Below, in pieces: positions 50,406-61,100 of a DNA stretch of 64,000 nt. Location of the stretch: NCBI GenBank assembly GCA_008690995.1, contig VRMN01000013.1:124001-188000 (forward strand), given 5' to 3'. The notes beneath the pieces are model-generated. The model did no database searches. It was given only the letters and a program-made list of their open reading frames with translations, and was not told the origin of the DNA. Source of the DNA: Porphyridium purpureum. Taxonomy: Eukaryota. Position numbers and translations under genes: made by a program. Numbering within the stretch: position 1 is the first letter of the stretch; every line of letters begins with the position of its first letter.

Positions 50406-53400
50406 GTGCAGGATTCGCAGCCAGCGCTGTACGCGGCAGACAATGACCCTGCCGCCGCCGGGCCGCATGACCCATCTGACGGCATCCGGTTCCTGGCACT
50501 GTGGGGCGCTTCTGTCTACCTTTCCGGCGTATTGATGTCCGTGGTACCTGGCGTGGACATGTTCTTCGCACTGTCTGCTCTCTATTCCGGGAAAATCGTG
50601 CGCGAAATAGAGGAAGGATCCTTCTCGTTCGTGAAGTTTTACAGAAGACGATTCTGGCGCTTGTACCCGAGTAGTCTGTTCACAACGGCAGGCGTCCTTG
50701 CCACCGCCATGTACGTCTACTCGGGAGAGCTGCTCGTAGGAACAGGAGAGAGCGCGGTGGCCAGCTCGGCGTGCGTTGCGAACATGTACTTTAATGCACA
50801 CGACAGCTATTGGGATTCGGGCTCGGAACTGAAGCCTCTGCTGCATAATTGGTCCTTGTCCGTAGAGGAGCAGTTTTATCTGATATGGCCGGCTGTGATA
50901 ACGATCGCCGCTCGGGTCATGCGAATGCCGAGTAAGATGGTGTGGTCCATCTTCTTTGCCAGCGTGTCCCTCGTGTCCTTCATGTGGACATGCAGGTTCG
51001 AGTCCGTGAATCCAACGGGCGCATTCTTTCTCCTTCCGGCACGTGTTTATCAACTTTCATGCGGCGCCGCGCTCATGGGAGTCTACGACCGCGTTCAACG
51101 GAAGCAGGGTTTCTCGGTCGAGTTGATAAGCTTGTCCGCCTTGCTTGTGTGCGTGCTTTCGTTTTTCATGGTTTCGAGCGGAGGTATGGAACAGGAAGCG
51201 TCTTCCCTGTCGAGCCTCCGCGCGTTACCCGCGCTAGTCGCAACGTTGGTCCTAAAAGCGTTGCCGCGCTCCTTCGTTTGCCGATATGTGCTGAGCCACC
51301 GCTCGATCGCGTTTCTTGGCAGCATGACATACACGCTCTACTTGGTCCACTGGCCAATCGAGGTGTTTGTTACTTTCATCTCATACACAAACGAAACGCT
51401 GCAGCGGGCCAACTTGCTGACGGTCAAACTTCTTCTCACCGCCGTGCTCGGAGCCTTGCAGTTCTGGCTAGTAGAGAAGCGCTTCCGTCCTCTTGGCGAG
51501 CGACAAGTGAGTTGCCAGCGCTGGATCCTCATGGGTATTGCTACAAACCTCGTCATGACAGTAGCTGTCTTTGGGGTTATCTGGGCGGGAAAGAACGACG
51601 CTATGCTGAACTTTGGCTCCCACCACGAAATGGAGGCAGTGCAGGGTATTGTCGCGAACTCTACCGCTGGTCAGCACCATGACATGCACATGGGTAGTCT
51701 TGATGCACTGAGCACTGATCTTTCCACCTCGCAGTCCCATTCTTCATTGGGTGAGCATGGAGAACTGCAAAGGACTCACAACATTTCAGGACATGCTGCC
51801 TCAAGAGACGGCGAGAACCTGTCAGGTGCAATAAGCATCGCATCGAAAAACGAAGAAGCCGATAGGAAAGCCAAAGAAGAGGCTGAAAGAAAGGCCAAGG
51901 AGGAAGTTGAGCGGAAGGCCAAGGAAGAGGCCGAGCGGAAGGCCAAGGAAGAGGCCGAGCGGAAGGCCAAGGAAGAGGCCGAGCGGAAGGCCAAGGAAGA
52001 GGCCGAGCGGAAAGCCAAGGAAGAGGCCGAGCGGAAAGCCAAGGAAGAGGCCGAGAGAAAGGCCAAGGAAGAGGCCGAGCGGAAAGCCAAGGGAGAGGCT
52101 GAGAGAAAGGCCAAAGAAGAGGCCGAGCGGAAAGCCAAGGGAGAGGCTGAGAGAAAGGCCAAGGAAGAAGCTGAGAGAAGGGCCAAGGAGGAAGCTGAGC
52201 GGAAAGCCAAGGAAGAGGCTGAGCGGAAAGCCAAGGAAGAGGCTGAGCGGAAAGCCAAGGAAGAAGCTGAGCGGAAAGCCAAGGAAGAGGCTGACAGAAA
52301 AGCGAAAGAAGAGGCTGAGAAGAAGTCCAAGGAAGAGGCTGACAGAAAAGCCAAGGAAGAGGCCGAGCGGAAAGCCAAGGAAGAGGCTGACAGAAAAGCG
52401 AAAGAAGAGGCTACCAATAACGGAGGCCAGGCTGGTGGAGCCCAACATGGTCAAGCCGAGCGAGCAGAATATACCGGGCAAGACCGTCGCAGACTTATTC
52501 AGGCGATGCGAAATGCTCTTCGAGCTTATCCTGAAGGTAAGGTGAACGAGCATTTTCCACCGAAAAGGTGGATTACGGACGATGATAGCGAAGCACAGTG
52601 GGCCGACGTGCGCACAGCGCTTGAGGAGGCTTTACCGATTCCGTTGTGGGGTGCCCTGCCCCGCAACGAGCTGTTCAGCATGTTGACTAATTGGAACTGG
52701 ATTCGGCAGTGGGCGCGTGTCGTGTTGTGGTGGTGCGAGATGGACGAGCCTGCCGTGCGTGGGGCCGATACGATTGCTGGTTTGCGGCCGTGCCGAGTTG
52801 GCTCGGCATCAGCCTCGCCACGCACGCTGCTTATAGGTGATTCGGAAGTTGGGTCCATCATGCCAGTTTTTTCATACGTGGGCAAGCAGTTCGACACTGC
52901 CGTGTGGACCATTAGCAGTGTGGCCTGCCGAATGGGTTTTGCAAGTCAGCTACCCGACGCGACGGATTTGCAACATAACCCTCCCGTCCCCGGTGCCGTG
53001 CCCGGTACGTACGCGTGCAAGCTCGCCACGCTCGCGGCACGAAAAGCTGTCGACGCGTTGCCGCGGAACAGCCTGGTCATTTTCCATTTGAAGTCAAACC
53101 AGCTTGGTAGCCCCGGTGCGATGGAGCTCTACGGTGAAGAGGTTGAGTACCTGCGCACTCGGGGCTTGCGCATCGCGTGGATTGGCCCGCTGCCGTGGAA
53201 GAAAGGACCGGGAAAATGCCAGGTTCGCTTGTGGCCACCTCCTGGCGACTGTGCTGAGCCAGCACCCGAAAACAGCTATCGCGACTATGTGCAGTCGCGC
53301 AAGTACATTGAGGACACTCTCAAGGTGCCGTATATTGACCTTGCCGATGCATTCCGCGTGCGGCCCGGTTCTGGTGAAAACAACTTCACATGGAGCGCAG

Positions 53401-53504
53401 ACGGCGCACCATTGTTCCGCGACGAGCTCCACATTAACTTTTACGGTGCGCTATTTGCGGTCAATCTAATAATTGACTTCTTCCAGCGCCACGTACTCTT
53501 ATAA
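50406..53504 (+). CDS. Acyltransferase-3 (OafA/OatA-like) fused to SGNH domain via charged helical repeat; 5' end unresolved
   Basis: DGIRFLA, GVDMFF, FYRRRFWRLYP, PLLHNWSLSVEEQFYLIWP, LGSMTYTLYLVHWP, LVEKRFR; SGNH LLIGDS and FRDELH. Confidence 0.88.
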   Translation: MQDSQPALYAADNDPAAAGPHDPSDGIRFLALWGASVYLSGVLMSVVPGVDMFFALSALYSGKIVREIEEGSFSFVKFYRRRFWRLYPSSLFTTAGVLATAMYVYSGELLVGTGESAVASSACVANMYFNAHDSYWDSGSELKPLLHNWSLSVEEQFYLIWPAVITIAARVMRMPSKMVWSIFFASVSLVSFMWTCRFESVNPTGAFFLLPARVYQLSCGAALMGVYDRVQRKQGFSVELISLSALLVCVLSFFMVSSGGMEQEASSLSSLRALPALVATLVLKALPRSFVCRYVLSHRSIAFLGSMTYTLYLVHWPIEVFVTFISYTNETLQRANLLTVKLLLTAVLGALQFWLVEKRFRPLGERQVSCQRWILMGIATNLVMTVAVFGVIWAGKNDAMLNFGSHHEMEAVQGIVANSTAGQHHDMHMGSLDALSTDLSTSQSHSSLGEHGELQRTHNISGHAASRDGENLSGAISIASKNEEADRKAKEEAERKAKEEVERKAKEEAERKAKEEAERKAKEEAERKAKEEAERKAKEEAERKAKEEAERKAKEEAERKAKGEAERKAKEEAERKAKGEAERKAKEEAERRAKEEAERKAKEEAERKAKEEAERKAKEEAERKAKEEADRKAKEEAEKKSKEEADRKAKEEAERKAKEEADRKAKEEATNNGGQAGGAQHGQAERAEYTGQDRRRLIQAMRNALRAYPEGKVNEHFPPKRWITDDDSEAQWADVRTALEEALPIPLWGALPRNELFSMLTNWNWIRQWARVVLWWCEMDEPAVRGADTIAGLRPCRVGSASASPRTLLIGDSEVGSIMPVFSYVGKQFDTAVWTISSVACRMGFASQLPDATDLQHNPPVPGAVPGTYACKLATLAARKAVDALPRNSLVIFHLKSNQLGSPGAMELYGEEVEYLRTRGLRIAWIGPLPWKKGPGKCQVRLWPPPGDCAEPAPENSYRDYVQSRKYIEDTLKVPYIDLADAFRVRPGSGENNFTWSADGAPLFRDELHINFYGALFAVNLIIDFFQRHVLL
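51852..52412 (+). repeat. 24-bp coding tandem repeat, 23 copies of EEAERKAK
   Basis: Unit close to gaagaggccgagcggaaagccaag; 552 bp/24 = 23 units plus a final EEA. Confidence 0.97.
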
Positions 53505-53594
53505 TTATGACATGCAGTTAAAGTGCTCGCACATACTTAATACAGTGGTGTTATGCTTAGTTATAACCAGTGCGTGAACGTCAGCGACCCAACT

Positions 53595-55793
53595 TCAGTC
53601 AAACGATTCGCTTCGTGACAATGCTTCCACGACGTCTGATGGCTGACGCTTGACCGACTCGATCTTGCCGGCGCTCAGTGGCAGCTGCAACTCAAACAGC
53701 GCCACCGTTAGACATTCTTCGAGCAAAGACACGTCCACGTTCCATGTCCGCATACGCTCGAACGAGCGCGTGCGTCGCAGCAGGTTTTTGTCGTACAAAA
53801 GGCGCTGTGGTGGCGGTGCTCTACCAGCATCCACTCGATCACATTCCGATCTGCTCCGACGCATTTCTTTCCTGTCCCTCGCTCCCCAGAAGTCCTCCTC
53901 ACATATTCCGCGATTCAGTTCCACGACATTGAATTTACCCGCTGCGGTCAGGATCGCGGAACTGGAACACGCCGCCCAGCGCGGCGATCCTGATGCAAGT
54001 GGTGACCGGCGACTCACAGATGGAGACCGCGACGACATCCGAGTCATGACTGGCGACATCAACGACAGACTTTTGCTCGAATACGTGGTCCCTATTCCGA
54101 TCTGCGACTTGGAACCGCCGCCCTTTTGCAGCCATTTTCTCGCAGACACCATCGACCCAGACCCGCATAGCTCGCGTTTCGAGGGCGACGCCACACTCGG
54201 CTCTCGGGCTACATGTTTATGCGCTGAAAACCCCGCCGAAGCAAACGCATGGTCTTCCCAAGGCGCCTCCTGCTCCAAGTTGGAGTGCGGGGCCGACTCA
54301 GCCGCCGGCGACACATTTTCTACGTCGCCGTCGTACTTGGCACCGCGCACTATCGCCAGCAGCGACGTGTTGCTTGATTGCGTGCTCTGTCCACGCAACG
54401 GAGAGTCATTGCGCTGAGGAGTAAGCAGCGCTCGGTTGCTAGTCGTTCGCGCGCCAAACCAAGCATCGAGTGCCTGCACCAGCGCTGACTGGTGTCGCCC
54501 ATGCCCAGATTCCGAATCCAATGCAGGATTCGGCTCACGACTGGCGATGACGATCACTTCTTCTAGACTTGGTCTCGTGGTCATACTTGACGTCTTACTA
54601 CTTGGCCAAGCACTTCCAAATGTTCCGACACTGGAGCCTGAATTGTTCAGGTCTCTGGGGGACGGCGTCAGCGTCGATGCTGGCGGCGACGCTGGCGCGA
54701 GCTCAGAGACGCGTCCAAGTAGACTGAGCTCTGGTGGCTTGACGGATGAAACCGCGGCTGAAGATGACAAATGCGTCGGTTGCCCAGCTGACTGGACAGC
54801 GGCACCGTTCGCCTGGCGCACGGTTTCTGAATCGGTTACCGAGCTGCTGCAGTTGGAGGGGCTATCCTGGCTGAACCATTCATGCGTCAGTAGCGCTTGA
54901 ATGGAGCCTCGTTGCGCGGGTTCGCGGACCAGCATGCGTTGAATGAGATCGACGGCCGCGGCAGACACGTGCGATGGCAGCCGGTCGGTGGGTTTCACGG
55001 ACAAGATTTCAGACTGCAGCTCGCGATTCGACGAGCCGACAAAAGGAAAGCGACCCGTCAGCATAATAAATATACACACACCCACGGCCCAAATGTCTGG
55101 CGCGTCCCACGTGAGGCGCGCGCCGGCGTATCGTCGCGACACCATTTCCGGGCTCATGTAAGCTGGCGTGCCACACACGTTCTTCCACAGCGCGCGCGGC
55201 TGGCGAAGCGCCAATGGGTCCATGATTGACATGCCAAAGTCGATGAGGCGCACGCAGTCGTGTACGTCGAGCATGATATTCTCTAGCTTGATATCGCGGT
55301 GCACAACGCCCATCGAATGAACGTACGCCACGGCCTCGAGGATTTGTCGTGCATAGCCGCGCGCACGGGGCTCGGGGAGCGCGCCTCCTTGGCGCACGAT
55401 TTGGGCCAGCGAGCCGCGGTCCATGAGGTCCATGACGACAAAGAGCGCCGTGCGCGAGCGAAGCACCGAGTGCACGCACACTATGTTCTTATGGCGTAGC
55501 AGCTTGAGCATCTTGGCCTCTCTGACGAGATGGCTGTCGGCGTTGCGGCCGGCGCTTCCCGGAGCCGTTCGCTGCGAAGCCTTGATGGGAATGACCTTGA
55601 CCGCAAACTCCTGACCCGTGTCGACGTGCCGGCACTTGCGCACATGGGCGTACGAACCGCTGCCCAAGGGATCACCGAGCACGAAGCTGCCGATTTGTGC
55701 GTGGTGCGCGGCGGCGGAACCCGGCGGGAGCTCGTGCGCGCCGCGTGCGGCGCCCGCTCGTGCTCCATAAGCGTGTCCATCTGGTGCGCACAT
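53595..55793 (-). CDS. Ser/Thr protein kinase, CAMK group (SNF1/CIPK-related)
   Basis: LGSGSYAHV, AVK, VHRDIKLEN, DFG, CGTPAYMSPE, DIWAVGV; Ser-rich tail. Start uncertain. Confidence 0.92.
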   Translation of the reverse strand: MCAPDGHAYGARAGAARGAHELPPGSAAAHHAQIGSFVLGDPLGSGSYAHVRKCRHVDTGQEFAVKVIPIKASQRTAPGSAGRNADSHLVREAKMLKLLRHKNIVCVHSVLRSRTALFVVMDLMDRGSLAQIVRQGGALPEPRARGYARQILEAVAYVHSMGVVHRDIKLENIMLDVHDCVRLIDFGMSIMDPLALRQPRALWKNVCGTPAYMSPEMVSRRYAGARLTWDAPDIWAVGVCIFIMLTGRFPFVGSSNRELQSEILSVKPTDRLPSHVSAAAVDLIQRMLVREPAQRGSIQALLTHEWFSQDSPSNCSSSVTDSETVRQANGAAVQSAGQPTHLSSSAAVSSVKPPELSLLGRVSELAPASPPASTLTPSPRDLNNSGSSVGTFGSAWPSSKTSSMTTRPSLEEVIVIASREPNPALDSESGHGRHQSALVQALDAWFGARTTSNRALLTPQRNDSPLRGQSTQSSNTSLLAIVRGAKYDGDVENVSPAAESAPHSNLEQEAPWEDHAFASAGFSAHKHVAREPSVASPSKRELCGSGSMVSARKWLQKGGGSKSQIGIGTTYSSKSLSLMSPVMTRMSSRSPSVSRRSPLASGSPRWAACSSSAILTAAGKFNVVELNRGICEEDFWGARDRKEMRRSRSECDRVDAGRAPPPQRLLYDKNLLRRTRSFERMRTWNVDVSLLEECLTVALFELQLPLSAGKIESVKRQPSDVVEALSRSESFD

Positions 55794-56437
55794 TCTGCGC
55801 CCGGCGTACTGGCCGCGCCGCGCGCCGTCGCGGTTGTGGCGGCGCCCTCCAACGGCGCACACTGGCCTTGCGTCGGCTCACCGTGTGTCTGCGTGCGCTT
55901 CAATCCCAGTCGCCGCCCTATCTGCAGCGACTGCCGATGCTGCTGGTCCATACCCTTCACACTCCATTCACGCCACAGCTCCACGTGCCCATCCCACTGC
56001 GACCGTTTTGTCTCCTGTCGCACGCACACACACCCCAACCCCCATCCGCCAATGCCGAACTGCCGCCGTTTCGCACGCGCGCTTACTCCCACGCAGCTGT
56101 ACACCCCAACATGCACTGTACAGCACGCGCCCAACACTCTACCACAACGGCGCCGTTTTGTGATTTTTGCGCGCGCGCAATGAAACGGCAGGTGTCGCGG
56201 CGGCGTGTAAGCCATGTCACCACACCCACCACCGCCACCACCACCACGACGGCCTGTTCGAAAACCGCGCTCCGCTGATCGCAAGAACTGCATACCCCAC
56301 AGCCACCGCAGTCGTGCTCTGCATCGAGCTTCGCGCGCAGTCGACATCCCCACAGACCTTTCCTCCTCCACTCGTACCGCCTCGCCCCTCCCGCCCTCCT
56401 TTACACTCCCAGCCATTAGTCTCCCCTTCTCATGCCC

Positions 56438-56516
56438 TTACCCGTTTAGCCGTTTAGCCGTTTAGCCGTTTAGCCGTTTAGCCGTTTACCCGTTTACCCG
56501 TTTACCCGTTTAGCCG
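56438..56516. repeat. 8-bp tandem array TTTA(G/C)CCG, ~10 copies
   Basis: TTACCCG (TTTAGCCG)5 (TTTACCCG)3 TTTAGCCG between the divergent kinase and Lhcr genes. Confidence 0.95.
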
Positions 56517-57122
56517 TTGATTCGTCATCCCGTGGCCGTTCGCCGAACCGTTGCCAAGCACGCATGAGTGTACCCGCGACTGTACTTTATCTGCCGCAGT
56601 ACTCTGGCACTGAACCGCTGCGAGTTCAGTGCGGCGGTACAGCTTGAGCAGGTGCAGGCGTCTCGCGCGCAGGAGGTGCGTGCGAGCTGTGGCGTTTTGT
56701 GGGATTTTTTGCGCGGGAGCGGGTTTTTATTTTTTTTTTTTGGTAGGCGGGCGGGCGGTGGTGCGGGGTTGCGCTCGCGCGGCGCGGCAGCAGCACGAGC
56801 GCACGCAACCGGCTGCGGCGCGAGGCGGGCTGCTGCTGAAAGCGCGCTGTTTTGGTACGAACACGCGCTGCACACAAGGCTTGGCTCCCACGTCGCACCG
56901 TGCGCACACGCCGCGCTGCTCGGCTAGGCGGAACTGCACGCGAAAGAATCTCGCAGTAACGGTTCGTGCAGAAGTGCGCCCCACGGGATATAAGTGTGTG
57001 GGTGGATGTGTGCAGGCGTAGCGTGTCGGAGTGGAGAAGAGGAGAGGTCCAAGGCAAGAGCGAGACAGGTAGGTCAAGTGGGTAGAAGGGCGAGTCGGAG
57101 GGAGTGAGCAAGGTTTGTTGAG

Positions 57123-57737
57123 ATGGCGGCGTTTGTGTCTGGGTTCAGTGGGCTGGCGGTGCGCGCGCACACCAGCCGCGCGTCGTGCGCAGCCGTGCGC
57201 ATGGCCGCGTCGCCCATGTCCAAGTCCGTGCCGTTCCTCAAGAAGCCCACACAGCTGGACGGATGGGCCGGCAGCGCAGAGTTCGACCCCATCGGCATCT
57301 CAGAGTACGTCGACATCCGCTACCTCCGCGAGTCCGAGCTCAAGCACGGACGCATCTGCATGCTCGCCGCAGTCGGCCTCATTGTGCAGGAGCTGGTCAC
57401 CTTTGGCGGCAAGTACTTCCCCAAGATGCTGCCCGTCCAGGCACACGACTTTTATTTGAAGACCGGCGGCATGTCCCAGCTGTTGCTCTTCATTGCCGCG
57501 TTCGAGTCGCTGTCGTACTTTGCGATCCGTGAGACCCTCGAGGGCAAGCGCGAGCCCGGCGACTTTGGCTTTGACCCGCTCAACCTCGGCAAGGAGCCCG
57601 CCGCCTTTGCCAAGTTCCGTGAAAGTGAGCTCAAGAACGGCAGGCTTGCCATGATCGCGGTCGGTGGCATGATCCACCAGCAATGGGTGTCTGGACAGGG
57701 CACGCTCGAGCAGCTCTTCCACTTCAAGCCGTTGTAA
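57123..57737 (+). CDS. Lhcr: Red-algal light-harvesting complex I protein (Lhcr)
   Basis: MAAFV transit peptide; SKSVPFL, FDPIG, RESELKHGRICMLA, PGDFGFDPL, ESELKNGRLAMIA; TATAAG at 56989. Confidence 0.97.
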   Translation: MAAFVSGFSGLAVRAHTSRASCAAVRMAASPMSKSVPFLKKPTQLDGWAGSAEFDPIGISEYVDIRYLRESELKHGRICMLAAVGLIVQELVTFGGKYFPKMLPVQAHDFYLKTGGMSQLLLFIAAFESLSYFAIRETLEGKREPGDFGFDPLNLGKEPAAFAKFRESELKNGRLAMIAVGGMIHQQWVSGQGTLEQLFHFKPL

Positions 57738-58154
57738 AAGAATTCAGATACCGCGCCAGACGCCACAGCGTCAAACTCACTAGTGCGAGGAAAGGTGGTT
57801 ATGAACGTGACAGTTTGTGCCCCGCACGCGGCCGCACTTCATAAATAGTAAACGTTGGTGCCCAACAGCAAACAACAGAATCTCGATTTGAACGGAGCAG
57901 TTGTAGTTAGCTTGGTTATGGTGCTTGGCGATGGTTGCTCACTCGCAGGCCGGCCTCCCAGAGCAAAGAATTGTCTGCCAATGTCGAACGAGTCAATTTG
58001 CTTTCCCTCGTCAACTTTTCGCAATGGAGCGAACGCGGTCATTTGAAAGTCCTTCGGAAACGCGCATCCACATGACCATGGCGGTAGAATGACGCACATT
58101 CGTTTGACGGACGAGTCCTCGCTCATTCCACCACCTCGCTTGAGCTTCAAAACT

Positions 58155-61100
58155 TCAAGAAACGAGAGGAGAGACCGTAACAGCGGCACTGCTAAAGTCA
58201 ACCACCTGAATAGAGAAACCCGGATCGCTGACGAGGTTGCGCGGCAACAATGCGTAGCGCTGACCGCGCTCGTCCATGGCGTGCAGTTCAGTACCGAGAA
58301 ACTCCGCGCGGTGCGGACCATGACTAAAAAGTGTGCAGACGACGCGCACAATGCGCTCGCACCCGGGCGCCAAGAAGCGTAGCGTCGTCTTCAATTCACC
58401 GCCGACCGCAGAGCCACTCTGCACACCCATGAGGCCAGTACGCACAGCCTGCAAGTCCATCACGCGAGAGGTGGTATTTCGGATACACACGTCCACCGGT
58501 ACCACAACCGCGCTCCGTTCCGGAGCGCCCGCGAGGGGCACGACCGATGCCGCGCCACCAAGTCGGTAGGCAACAGACACACCGACCGCCTTCGTCGGCC
58601 CAATCTTCTCGTCTTGGTGATGAAGGCGCGATGCTTCGCGAAGCGGCTCTGGCGCTACTGCTGACCCCAGACCGCCCTCAATCTTTTCATCCCATATGGA
58701 CGGACCAAGCGGGACAACCAAGTCTCCGCGCGCACCAGAGGCGCGGTGCTCCCAGCACACAAACAACCCAAACGAGTAAGCTCCACCCCGTTTACCAAGC
58801 ACATGCGCAAAGTACTGCCGCGCGTCGTCCAGCTGCAAATCCTTGTCTTTTTCTGAAGTCTCGTTGTGCAAAGTGCTCAGATTAAGCCATTGCACGCCGC
58901 TCTCGGTTTCTGCGCAGAATCCATGGACTTGGTCGCCCAATCTCGGCGACGACTCGTCACGCATCAGGCGCACAAACAGCGTACCGGTCTCATTCACGCG
59001 TAGCTTGAGATGCTGACCTTTTGATCGAGCCCGCATCAGACTAGAAATTGCGTGCTTCATGGGCCCTGGAGCTGCAGCAGTATCGACAGTATTGCCCACG
59101 CTCTCGAGCTGCGTTGGTTTCGGAACGCGTTCAAGCAACCAACCATCACAGATACGCGGAGAACCGATGAATACCGCGGGGATGTCATAGACTTCGGCTG
59201 CTTCTCGCCAACAATGTTCCACTTCCACGCCCAAAACGTGCGCTTTGTTTTGCACCAAAGAAGTCGCTGCAGAAGCTGACCCGTGGCCCAGTGCCTTGCT
59301 GTCCGTCGCTGTGCTCGTTGTGGTGGTGGTGGTGGTGTTGGTTACGGTTGTGACATCTCGGCGCGCGTAGCGCAGAAACACGTTCAGGCAGCGCCGTACC
59401 ACAAATTGCCGAGATGCCCTGGCTATGCGCCAGACGGGACCTGGACCGGGCGTACCAGGGTCACTATCCCCACCGAGGCCAAGGTACAAGAGGGAAAGTC
59501 GCACGACTGTGCTCAGCTCACCATTCGAGCCGACCTGCGACTGCCCTGCATAGGGCTTCTGGGTACCAATGACCGCCGTCCCCGCAGTGCCCTTCAATCT
59601 TTCGTCTTTTCTTTGTGGCATGCGAAGTGTCAGCTCCATCTGCCTTGTCTCATAGGGCTTCAGAGCATCCAGCAGAAACACGCCCGAGTCGGTCTTTGTG
59701 TCCGATGCAGTCGTATGTATGCATACATTCCGTTCCAAATTACGATCAAGCATCAGCGCAATGGCGGGAAGCGGAACAGACCCTGCATTAGTCACTTGCA
59801 ACATTGCGCGCACGTACTGCCCCTCACGGAAACGCCCAGCGTAGCGCTCGCTGCTCGCTGGCGCACCGATAAATGGCAACATGTGTATATCGCACGTGAC
59901 AGCGCCCAATTGAGGCAGTACAATGAGATTTAACGAGCGGTCAGGCCAGCGTACCGGCGTCTCGCTGCGTCGCTGCTCACGTGTGTCATTCAGCCGCCGT
60001 CCAACCTTACGAAAGACATGCGCTCCCGGTACGTGAAGGCTGGCCGGGAAGCCGCAAGGGCGCACCACACGATTGCTGTCGGCGCTGACATCGGACCCGT
60101 CTGCTACTTCAACCACTGACACAGCTGGTAAGCCTGTCTCTATGGACGACGCAGTCTGAGGGATCGCTGTATCCACAAAAAAGTCCCATGTGACCCCAAT
60201 TACCTGCACGTGACCCTGCGTCTCCACCACGAATGACAGTTCCACATCGACGGCCGTGTGTGGCATGATCAGGTACTCAACTGCTTTGTTCATATCTCCC
60301 TGGGGTTGAGGAGCCACGCGCAGCGTGCGCACGTTGCTATCGGAGCGTGCGCAAGACAGCACAATGCGCAAGTTGCACGCGTGTACCGGAAAGCTCAGCA
60401 CGTTGTTCCACGTGTACGACAGTCGCACTGTCTCCCCCACGGCCGTGAAAAGCGCGTCGTCACGCGCACTGTTTGCGTTCAATATGGAATGTCGCTCCAA
60501 CCGCTCCGGACCTATTTTGACGTCGCCCACATGCATTATTAACTGCTTCACAAACGATGGCCGTGTGCTGTTGTTCGGTACCGCACCTTCACTTTCCTTC
60601 CGAGATAGAATTAGAGGTGCGCCTCGCTCCAGAAGCTCCGCATCAAGGGAGCGCCAGTATCCCTCCTCGTCGCGGAGAACGGTCGCACTATTCAGCGTGG
60701 TGGTACCAGACGCCGTCGACGAGATTTCAGAAATTTGTCTTCTCGAGTCGAGCGTGCGCACCATGGCGCCCGCATCTGCGACAAGCGGGAAGTCAACGTA
60801 GTCCTCTTCCCAGCCATCACAGTCTTGCTCTTCTTTTGTTGCTCTTGTCTGAATTTTTGATGCGGATAAAGCTAGGACAGCCTTGCACAAGCACAGGAAA
60901 AGCCGATCCTGGAACCTTGGCACCATGCTGCTACTGCTGCGGCGGTTCATACGCGCACTATTCTTCAGCGTGCCCAAAATATCGGATATGCTACGAAGCA
61001 CAAAGGATGCATCTTGTCGGCTCAAAGGCGTCTTGGCAAGCTCCAATTCGCACATGCTTAATAAAACTTCATCTTTCGCCTCGGCCCAGCTCATCGCAAA

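Noticed and set aside
51776..52553. ORFs 51776..52417, 51822..52553 and 51907..52545
   Set aside because: Alternative-frame readings of the 24-bp repeat.
56438..56516. Interstitial telomeric repeat
   Set aside because: TTTAGCCG resembles TTTAGGG only in its first 5 bases, lacks the G-run, and matches the shorter upstream arrays better.
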